Source: Polyangiaceae bacterium
GTDB taxonomy: Bacteria; Myxococcota_A; Polyangia; Polyangiales; Polyangiaceae
Assembly (NCBI GenBank): GCA_050287085.1
Contig: JBNKBE010000019.1
Coordinates: forward strand, 1 to 59,028
Direction: 5' to 3'
Length of the DNA stretch: 59,028 nt
Shown: positions 18,774 through 27,600 of the stretch, one piece after another
How the letters are laid out: each line of letters opens with the position of its first letter
Numbering within the stretch: the first letter of the stretch is position 1
The notes under the pieces: model-generated
The model's input: the letters and a program-made list of their open reading frames with translations, nothing else
Databases searched by the model: none
Told to the model about the DNA's origin: nothing
Made by a program: the position numbers and the translations under genes

Positions 18774-20308
18774 CGCGCTTGGGCGGAGCGCCGCAGATAA
18801 TAGTGAGTACCGCGACTTGGATGTGAGACCTGGATCGGCAATACGGTGGCGCCAGAGTCCATGCGCACCGAAAACGTATTCTCCCCGCTAACGTCCAGCG
18901 GCTTGCCAGCGACAGACACCTGCCACCCGGGCATGGCCTGACCGTTCACGACGGCCGTTCCCTGCGCATCGACGCCCACGGAAGGCTCGGAAAGGCGAGC
19001 CGCGGGGGCCTGTGTGTCGAAAACCACTTCGACGGTGCTCGTTCTCGACTGACGCGGACTGTCGACGGCGCTGTACGTGAAAGTGTGAGTTCCCCGGCGC
19101 AGTCCACTGACCGTGTGGGCGGGCTTGCTGGTGCGCACCGTCCTGCCGTCGATCATCAGACGATACGCCTTGGCCGGCGGGGCCGACGGCCAACTCACCG
19201 TAACGACCGGCAAGCGATATTGGTACAGCACGGTGTAGCGACGCCCATCCGTGGTCACTTGAGCCGTTGGAGCAAAGCTTGGAAGCTTGCGCGTACCCGC
19301 GTCTTGCAACACGCGTATCGAACCGCTAGCGGCCACCGTCTCAGGTGCCGTCAGGCACCTGATTTCGTAGCGATGAGTTCCAACCGGAAAGGTGAGATTC
19401 ACCTGACGCCGGTCGCCCGTTCGACGGTCGCCACTGGTCAGCTCAGCGCCTCCGTTGCACAGCTTGGCAATGGGGAATCCAACCGCAGTCGGTGGCCTTG
19501 GATCGTGAATGACAAACGACGCCCCGGCAAGCGCTACTAGGTCAGCATAACCCACGCCGTCGGCTAGTTTAGGCTCAGGTATTGCCAACTCCGGTACGGC
19601 CTGTTCAACCGGCGGCGTCACCGCATCGATATCAAGCGCTTCTACCGGAGCAGGAGCGACGGCTCCCCCCGGTTCCAACTCAACGCGCTCACCAGTGCTC
19701 AACGTTTGCTCGCCAAACTGCAGCCCTCCCATCTCGACGGAAACGAGGAGTCCGCCGTCGGTACGGCGCAGACGTATGCTGCTATTGCGCTCCAGCCTGA
19801 GTTCTCCGAACTCTGAGTGAAGGGTCAGCGCCGCCCCAAAGCTGTCCACGTCCGCCGTTCCCAGCTCGACGTCAACGTTGAGCGATTCTGGATCCAAGGA
19901 CCGCTTGAATCGTATCTGAGACGATGGACGAAGGCGAAGCTCCGCTCCCCTCGCAAGGCGAAATCGGGCTTCCGACTCTCGCCCGGTCCTAGCGCCGTCC
20001 CCGAAGTTGAAGCTGTCTTCTAGCGCCGCTGGCTTCCATTCCTCACGTGCTGATGCGATGTCACGCTCCGCCGAGCCACTCAGATACACCAACGTCGCAA
20101 GGGCTTGTTGGCGATACATTAACCAGAAGCCAATCACTCCAAGAAGCAGGAAAAGCCCGGCAATCGCGACGATTCGAAGGCGCAGCCGCAAAGGGCCACG
20201 CAGGCGGGCCGCGGTGCTATTCGCCCCCGCCCCACTTGTACCCACTAGCTTAACTACGTGCTCAAAACTCAGCATCTTGCAGAACTTCCGTACCTCACGG
20301 ACCGTCAC
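18770..20308 (-). CDS. FecR-domain membrane protein with Ig-like C-terminus
   Basis: TM helix then W..A....F..GD.ARTG..S.A...L..GAELRL.PSS. Confidence 0.75.
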   Translation of the reverse strand: MTVREVRKFCKMLSFEHVVKLVGTSGAGANSTAARLRGPLRLRLRIVAIAGLFLLLGVIGFWLMYRQQALATLVYLSGSAERDIASAREEWKPAALEDSFNFGDGARTGRESEARFRLARGAELRLRPSSQIRFKRSLDPESLNVDVELGTADVDSFGAALTLHSEFGELRLERNSSIRLRRTDGGLLVSVEMGGLQFGEQTLSTGERVELEPGGAVAPAPVEALDIDAVTPPVEQAVPELAIPEPKLADGVGYADLVALAGASFVIHDPRPPTAVGFPIAKLCNGGAELTSGDRRTGDRRQVNLTFPVGTHRYEIRCLTAPETVAASGSIRVLQDAGTRKLPSFAPTAQVTTDGRRYTVLYQYRLPVVTVSWPSAPPAKAYRLMIDGRTVRTSKPAHTVSGLRRGTHTFTYSAVDSPRQSRTSTVEVVFDTQAPAARLSEPSVGVDAQGTAVVNGQAMPGWQVSVAGKPLDVSGENTFSVRMDSGATVLPIQVSHPSRGTHYYLRRSAQAR

Positions 20309-21894
20309 CGGCTCATGGCGACATCGACAATCACGACCCCGCGATTTCGCACGCGGATCGTACGTTTCTGATCGGTGAAGTCGGGGTGCACGAAGTATAC
20401 TGTGTATTTACCTGGAACCAGCTCCAGTTCGAAGCTACCGTCCGCGGCAACCCCTATCTCAACCGCACCTGGTTCGACGCGCACTCTGGCGGGAATTGGA
20501 TGACCCAGATAGTCCAATACGCGTCCTCGCAGCTGCCCCGCAGGCGCCGCCGGGGCAAGCACGATGGTTCCGGCGTCATGTTTTCCAGCTGTCAACTCTA
20601 CGACCGCCGTATCAAAGCCAGGGGTTTCCACCCGCACCCGAACCACAACGCCGTTGGGTACATCCGCCTGCTCGAAACGACCATCGCCAACGGTCCGCAA
20701 CAAGTGGGGCTCCCCGTCACCGACCCGAAGCTGCACCGAAACGTCAGCCAAAGGCTTTCCGTCCGCATCTACGACGGTGCCGCTCACGGTGCCGAGCTCC
20801 ACTGTGGGTTGCACTGGTGCCGACGGCTTGGGATGGGTGATAGCGCCCTCCGTCGACGCCGACGAAGCCTTGGCTGCCGCAGATCCACCGCCACCGAAAC
20901 GCCAGATGACAGTCAGATTGCCCGCAGTTCTCGGCGCGATGGGGATCAGGTCGGCGCCAGCGAGAGTGCGCTTGCTCAGGGCTGCCTCCAGCATGGCCTG
21001 GAGAGACAGAGACGAAGCCAGCTGGTAGCGCGCTCCGAGCGCCGCATGCGCCGGGGAGTAGAGCCACGATGGTGCTCCCCCACCGATCAGAAGGCGCCCA
21101 CCTACTTCCGCCAATAGCTCCGTGCGGACACGCGGCAAGCGGTGGCTGACCGCGATCCCCCACGGCAGAGCCGAATAGGAACTGGCCCCGAGCGTTCGCT
21201 CATCCGCTGGTAGTAGCCGCTCCGGGTAAGGCACAGCCCGCGCCGAACGATCGAGCATGAACCCCACCTCACCCCCCAACCAGGTATTTGAATCCAATGC
21301 ACCCGCAAGCAGAGCCACAACCCGCGGTGAAGTAGCGGGGAGCTCCATGGAGGGCGCCTCCGCACCGATGAGACGAGCACCCACGTCAACCCCAAGCCGC
21401 AGCTTTGGGGTTGGCAGGTAGGCATAGCGAAGATTGAGGCTTCCTTCTCCGTACCCCTTGTGCCGAACCCCAGGCAGCTCTGGAGCGTAGCGATCGATGT
21501 GACCGGCGAAGTCGATCCCAACACCAAAGCCTGACAGCGGGGACGTGGCCAAAGCCAAGCGTCCATCGCCGCGGTGGCCCCCCGGGACGGCTTTGGTCTG
21601 GTCCATAAACCCGTAGCCAACTGTCGCGGCCGTCGCGAAGCCCGGATTCGGCGGCGCGGGGAATCCCAAATGAAGGAACGCTGGCATAGCCCGCTCTCCC
21701 TCACTGGCCGGTGCCGGCGCTTCCGCGTTGGCACGCTCTGATAGCCCGCTGCCGCCTCGGGCCGGCAAGCTCACTAGCAGCGCGCTGAGTAACAGCATGC
21801 GGCGACACGCGAGCCAAGGCCAACCCCGAATGACCGAAGCGGGGTTGTCCCTCTCCGCGGTTGCATTACGCAAGAGGGCAAAGAACATCTTCAA
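20305..21894 (-). CDS. Secreted/outer-membrane protein with two carboxypeptidase-regulatory-like domains (start may be 21798)
   Basis: Amphipathic beta N-terminal region ending IWRFG; GTVSGTVVDADGKPL and GQLRGRVLD domains. Confidence 0.75.
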   Translation of the reverse strand: MKMFFALLRNATAERDNPASVIRGWPWLACRRMLLLSALLVSLPARGGSGLSERANAEAPAPASEGERAMPAFLHLGFPAPPNPGFATAATVGYGFMDQTKAVPGGHRGDGRLALATSPLSGFGVGIDFAGHIDRYAPELPGVRHKGYGEGSLNLRYAYLPTPKLRLGVDVGARLIGAEAPSMELPATSPRVVALLAGALDSNTWLGGEVGFMLDRSARAVPYPERLLPADERTLGASSYSALPWGIAVSHRLPRVRTELLAEVGGRLLIGGGAPSWLYSPAHAALGARYQLASSLSLQAMLEAALSKRTLAGADLIPIAPRTAGNLTVIWRFGGGGSAAAKASSASTEGAITHPKPSAPVQPTVELGTVSGTVVDADGKPLADVSVQLRVGDGEPHLLRTVGDGRFEQADVPNGVVVRVRVETPGFDTAVVELTAGKHDAGTIVLAPAAPAGQLRGRVLDYLGHPIPARVRVEPGAVEIGVAADGSFELELVPGKYTVYFVHPDFTDQKRTIRVRNRGVVIVDVAMSR

Positions 21895-22249
21895 TCAGTT
21901 ACGACCCAACTCCCGGTCACAATAGTAATCGCCCGGCCGCAGCACGTTCTCGAGGCTGCAATCCCTACCCGGCGTTCGGTACTGACTCATTAGCGAGCAC
22001 CTCCCATGTGCGCGGGGTACCCACGGTGGCCCCCACCTGAGGCGTTGCGTAACCCTGCTTTGCCCTCAAGAACTCCGCCAAGCTAGCCGTTTGCTTGTGG
22101 ATGCGCCGAGTCTCTTCCCAGGTATGCAACCCCGTGCAGGCCCGCGCCCGGCGTCGTGCCTGCGGCCCACGGAGTAGTGCGGGCGGGTCACGGATAGCTG
22201 GAACCACTCGGGGGCTCCAGCAACTCCGGCGCCAGCTTCACGCCTGCCG

Positions 22250-24568
22250 TTGCGACGAAGAACACCTGAAGTGCGGTGTGGTCTTTCCGTGAAGCCCCCC
22301 TGGAAACTGTCGCCCGATGGAACGCCGGCCCTCACACGCGCGCATTGGCTTCTCCTATCCCTGTCCGCTGGCGTTACGCTAGCGGGCTACTATTACAGCA
22401 AGCGCATCACCGAAGAGCGGACGGAAGCGCGCTTCAAGCGCCAAGCTGAACAGGTGGTGGAGCTCGTGGTGGAGCGGATGGGAAAGTATGAAGACGCGCT
22501 CTGGGGTGGCGTCAGCGCCATCCGCGCACTCGGCGGCAACGTAAGCTACCCAGACTGGCGAACGTTCGCCAGCTCGATGCGCATCGAAGAGAAGTATCCT
22601 GGAATCAACGGCATCGGTGTGATCCACGCCGTAAACGAGGCAAATCTAGATGAGTATCTCGCCACACAACGGCAAACACGACCAGACTTCCGCATCTATC
22701 CCCGGCACCGCAAGTCAGAGCACTGGCCCATAAGCTACATCGAGCCGGTGGCGCCGAATGAACAGGCGGTGGGCCTCGATATCGCGCACGAGTCGAATCG
22801 TCTCACAGCGGCCAACCGGGCGCGAGACACCGGAAAGGCACAAATAACGGGCCCAATAGTTCTGGTTCAAGACGCCAAGAAGACGCCCGGGTTCCTCTTC
22901 TATGCCCCTTTCTACAACGGGGAAACGAACACTGTCGCGGAGCGACGCAGCTCCATCGTAGGTCTCGTCTACGCGCCCTTTGTGGTCGAGAGGCTCATGG
23001 AGGGAACGCTAGAACGAGACCAGCGCCACGTCGCGGTGAGGATCAGTGACGGTGTAGAGCCCATCTACGACGAACACGGAAGCGCGGACGACGCCTTTGA
23101 CCCGCAGCCACTGTACACGACCACACGCACCCTGAACCTATATGGCCGTCAGTGGCTCTTCGAGCTTCGCAGCGATAGCACCTTCCGGCACGCAGCCAGC
23201 AACGCGCAGCCGCTCACCATCCTACTGGGCGGCGCCGCTCTTGACATCCTCTTGCTATTTCTATTTCTGGGAATGGTACGCAGAGAGCGCGATGCTATTT
23301 CGTACTCCGACAGGGTAACACAGGAGTTGCGAACTCGGCAGTGCGAACTGGAACGTGGCAACGCAACACTACGTGAACAGTCTGCAGCCATCAATGCAGC
23401 ACGCTGTGAAGCCGAAGACGCACGAGCCGTCGCGGAACGGGCGGCGGCAACCCAAGCTCAATTCCTCGCCACAATGAGCCACGAGCTACGAACGCCCATG
23501 AACGGCGTCATTGCAACGGCAGAGCTCCTTGCCGACGCCGCTCCCGAAGAGCGGAAGCAACTAACGGACGTCATCATTCGCTCCGGCCAAACGCTCCTAG
23601 CCCTCATCAATGACATTCTTGATTTCTCCAAACTAGAGGCCGGAAAAGTCGAGCTAGACCCACATCCTACCGATCTCAGGCTCTTGTTTCGAGACGTGCT
23701 GCAGCTGCTCGAACCCGCAAGAGAAGCAAACGCGGTGGCTCTCACCTTCGAAATCTCACCGGAGATCCCCAACCACGTGCTCGCGGACGGTCTGCGTTTG
23801 AGACAGGTGATCATGAATCTATGCTCCAACGCAATCAAGTTTGCTCAGGGAGGACAGGTTCGGGTCAGCTGCATCCAGGAAGCACGGATCGGCGCGCGCT
23901 GCGCTTTCACCATAGCGGTGGAGGACAATGGCATTGGCATTGAAGATCCGAGCGTGTTGTTCAAGGAATTTTCGCAGGCAGATGCCAGCACTACGAGGAA
24001 GTTCGGAGGCACAGGCCTTGGGCTGGCCATATGCAAACGACTGGTCGAACGCATGGGCGGGACCATTGCCGTTGACAGTACCTTGGGCCTCGGCTCTCGC
24101 TTCTACTTTCAGCTGATGCTCGACGCAACCGAGGTGGCGCCTGCTCCTGTCGACACGCCCTCTGATGCCGCAGCGCATTCCATACATCGAGGGCACGCCC
24201 TGATCGTGGATGACAACGCGGTCAACCGCATGGTGGCCCAGAAGCTTCTCGCGCGACTCGGTTGGCAGGTGTCAGTGGCGACCGACGGTCAGCAGGCACT
24301 CGACATGGCCACCCAAAGGGAGTTCGATCTGATCTTCATGGACTGTCAAATGCCGGTGCTGGACGGATACGAAGCGACAACGCGACTCCGCGAACTGCGC
24401 CCCGACGTCGCGCCTATCATAGCGCTGACGGCCAATGCGATGCCCAGCGATCAACAACGCTGTCTGGACGCTGGAATGAGCGACTTTTTGCCCAAGCCGG
24501 TGCGAGCGGAAGCCCTTCGAGTCATGATCTCGAAATGGACCGCCAGTTCGCACCCGAGCAAAGCTTGA
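22250..24568 (+). CDS. Hybrid sensor histidine kinase (CHASE-HisKA-HATPase-REC)
   Basis: YPGINGIG, YIEP..PN..AVGLD (CHASE); MSHELRTPMNG; DNGIGI, GGTGLGL; FMDCQMPVLDG. Confidence 0.95.
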   Translation: MRRRTPEVRCGLSVKPPWKLSPDGTPALTRAHWLLLSLSAGVTLAGYYYSKRITEERTEARFKRQAEQVVELVVERMGKYEDALWGGVSAIRALGGNVSYPDWRTFASSMRIEEKYPGINGIGVIHAVNEANLDEYLATQRQTRPDFRIYPRHRKSEHWPISYIEPVAPNEQAVGLDIAHESNRLTAANRARDTGKAQITGPIVLVQDAKKTPGFLFYAPFYNGETNTVAERRSSIVGLVYAPFVVERLMEGTLERDQRHVAVRISDGVEPIYDEHGSADDAFDPQPLYTTTRTLNLYGRQWLFELRSDSTFRHAASNAQPLTILLGGAALDILLLFLFLGMVRRERDAISYSDRVTQELRTRQCELERGNATLREQSAAINAARCEAEDARAVAERAAATQAQFLATMSHELRTPMNGVIATAELLADAAPEERKQLTDVIIRSGQTLLALINDILDFSKLEAGKVELDPHPTDLRLLFRDVLQLLEPAREANAVALTFEISPEIPNHVLADGLRLRQVIMNLCSNAIKFAQGGQVRVSCIQEARIGARCAFTIAVEDNGIGIEDPSVLFKEFSQADASTTRKFGGTGLGLAICKRLVERMGGTIAVDSTLGLGSRFYFQLMLDATEVAPAPVDTPSDAAAHSIHRGHALIVDDNAVNRMVAQKLLARLGWQVSVATDGQQALDMATQREFDLIFMDCQMPVLDGYEATTRLRELRPDVAPIIALTANAMPSDQQRCLDAGMSDFLPKPVRAEALRVMISKWTASSHPSKA

Positions 24569-24624
24569 ACGAGTCACACAGCCCAGCGTCCGTGCGGTGA
24601 GCGAGGGGCTCGCGTTGCGGGCTC

Positions 24625-27600
24625 TTAGCCTCTGCGGCGCCGTGTCCACAGCAGACCGAGCGCACACGCCAGCAGCAGCGGGGCGTGGTCCGGAGCGCGT
24701 CGTCCAGGGACGGAACAGCCACACCCAGATTTGTCATGACGCTTTGCGTCTTGCCCCCCGGCGTCCCCCGCGTCGACTCGAGAGCCCGCGTCGGTGCTCG
24801 CGTCTGCGACTTGAGCGCGAGGTCCGCCAGACATGTCGTCAGCGCCCCTCGAGCCGCCGGTCGAGGCGTCCGGCCCAGAGCCGGCGCCGTTGTCCGAGGG
24901 CCCGGGGCCCACCGTGGTATCATCGTCTGTTGGCCCGTCGTCTGCCGGCGAGTTACCACCATCGCCGGCATCGGCGCCTGCGGTCGGTTCAGGCATTGCC
25001 ACCCCAGCGTCGCTGGCTGCTTGTGGATCGGCGGCGACGGCCAGCGCTACGCTTCCGGAACGGCTCTCCCCAAGTTCGCTTGTCACGGTAAAAGGTCCAA
25101 GCACGAAAGCGCCCGCCCTATCTGCCTCCACGACAAAGTTCACCTGACATTCTGCCCCAGCGGAAACACGACCGTCCTGCAGCAGGAGGCGCACGCCTCC
25201 AGACGCAGAGGTCGTTCCCATTCCGCAATCGGTACTGGCTTGGCCTACGCGTAGCCCCGATGGAAGGGTGGCATCCAGCTGGAGTGCCCCCACCGGCACG
25301 GGGTTCCGACGATTGTCCACAACCATAACCAGCTCGCCACTGCCCCCGACGAAAAGGTCCAGCGGACTGAATGTCAATTCCAGCGCCGGCGGGGCTGCGA
25401 CGAGTAGCTCTGGCTGAACCCGTAGTCCCGTTGCACCATTGCCGAGAGCAAGCTCTGCGCTTCCTGTCTGGTAGCGGCCTGAAGGCGCGTCAGGCGGGAC
25501 CCCGATCGGAACGTCGAAAGTGCACGAGCCACTGGGAGGCAGCACTCCGCCGCTGAAGACAAGCAGATTGGTCCCAGCCAGCTGAGAGCCCGCGCCACAA
25601 ACATCCACTCGACCCGCGCCATCCGCGCTGAGCCCGGGCAAAGCAATACCCAAGTCTAGGGCAAATCCGAGCCCTGAGACCGACTGTAGCGCGTCCCTAT
25701 TGTCGATCGTAAATGAGAGCTTCACCGATCCGCCGGGAGTGCCCGCGTCTTGAAACGCGCCCTCAAAGCGCAAGTACCCAATCTGAGCCTCGGCTGTAGC
25801 GCTCGTTCCGATGACGCGATTGCCACCCAGCAATGCGGATACGGGCTCGGTCACGTTGCGAATGAGACCACCCAATGCGGCGTCCTCTGGCACCTGGACG
25901 AGCGTCGAGAATGTGCAGCTTTCACCACTCCCCAGTGCCCCGCCCCGAAAAGCCAGAAGCGATACTCCGGATAGGTCGGAAGCGGAGCCACAGTCCCCTC
26001 CGCTCGGCGTTGTCGTCGCTATCAGACCCGACAACGCTGCATCGAGATCGTCGGAGAACGCTATTTCGCTGGCCGCTAGCGAGGGATGCAGGTTCGAGAT
26101 TGTAAACTCGAGCGGGACGGTGGCGCCGGGAGCTGCCGCCGCCAGGAATCGCTTGCTTAGGTGCACTGCGGCTTCAACCGTCAGCGTCGCCGCGGCGGGG
26201 CGGCCAGTCAACGGGAGCCCGCCCATCTGACCTGCAATCGCCGAAGTAACGCTCGAATAGACTCCGCTCGGAGCAGTAGGTGGAACGTGCAGGCGCACAT
26301 CGAATTGACACGTCTCGCCCGGCAAGAGGCTCCCACCACTGAAGCTCACCTCGTCGGTCCCCGACAGCACAGAGTCCATCCCGCAGGGCGTCGGCAGGAC
26401 GCCCGTCACGGAGGCCAGTCCGGACGTCACATCCGTCAGGTTGTCGCTGAACGCAATTTCCGTTACCTCGCGGCTGTCGTCGGTATTCGATAGCTGATAG
26501 CGCAGCACAACGTCCTGGTCCGCCACAACAACCTCGGGTGCGAACGACTTGCTGACAACCAAGCCACCTACCGATAGAGCCGCTTCTCCTGGGGGACTCT
26601 CGACCGCATAGCCATCTAGATCGGCGCTCACCAGGCTCGTTGTGATCGGGTAGTCGCCGGCGAGGGCACCCCCCGGAACCTTCACGTCGACCGTGAAGCT
26701 GCAGCTTTCGCCCGACAAGAGCGACGCGCCGCTAAGGCTTACCACACTCGTCCCAGACACCGTCGATTGGAGACCACAGGGTGCCCCCAGGGGAAGGTCA
26801 GCCGCCACGGCGCCAGCCAGCGCCGCTTCGAGGTCCAAGTCGAAGGCAATGTCGTTGTAGTCTCCCGTCAGGCCCTCAGGATACGCCAACGAAAACGTCA
26901 AGGTGGTGACTTGCCCGGGTTGTACCAGGGCGGGAGCTGCACTGAGCGTCAACGTCGGAGCAGATATCACACTGAGATCGCTGGTCGTCGGAGCGCTCGG
27001 TCCAAATGGGGTGTCGAGCGTAGTGACGTGCGAGTAGTCGCCGATAGCTGCCGCAACCACGTCAACGCTAACGCGACAGTTGTCCTTTCCGTCGTCGATC
27101 TTTCCGTTGCTGAGGCGAATCAGGTTGCTGCCAGAAACTGCGACGATATTGCCGGAACGGCAAGTCGTGGTCGCAAGACTGGGCTCCGCAACCTTCAATC
27201 CGCTGGGCAGGGAGGCGAGAAATGTCAACCCGTCAATCGCCACGGGGTCCGCTGAGTTGTCGATCGTGAAGGTAAGCGTTGTCGGCGCGCCAACGTTCAC
27301 CACTTGCGGCGTATACTCCGCGACAAAGCGGGGCGGAAAGCGCGGAGCCAGTACGGTCATCGTGGCGCTAGCGGGCGAAGCAACACGCAGGCCACCCACC
27401 ACCAGGTAGCCCGTTTGAACTTCATATTCACCGGGGGCCGTGCCTAACGGCACCTCTACGACCATTGAGAAGGAGCAAGCGCCAGCGGCGTCCAAGCTGG
27501 CTTTCGAGAGGCTTACCTGTCCCCCACTGCCCTGAAGCATCGATTCAGAACCGCACACCTGCAACAGCGGTAGCCCTTGACCGGCCAGACCCGGCAGAGC

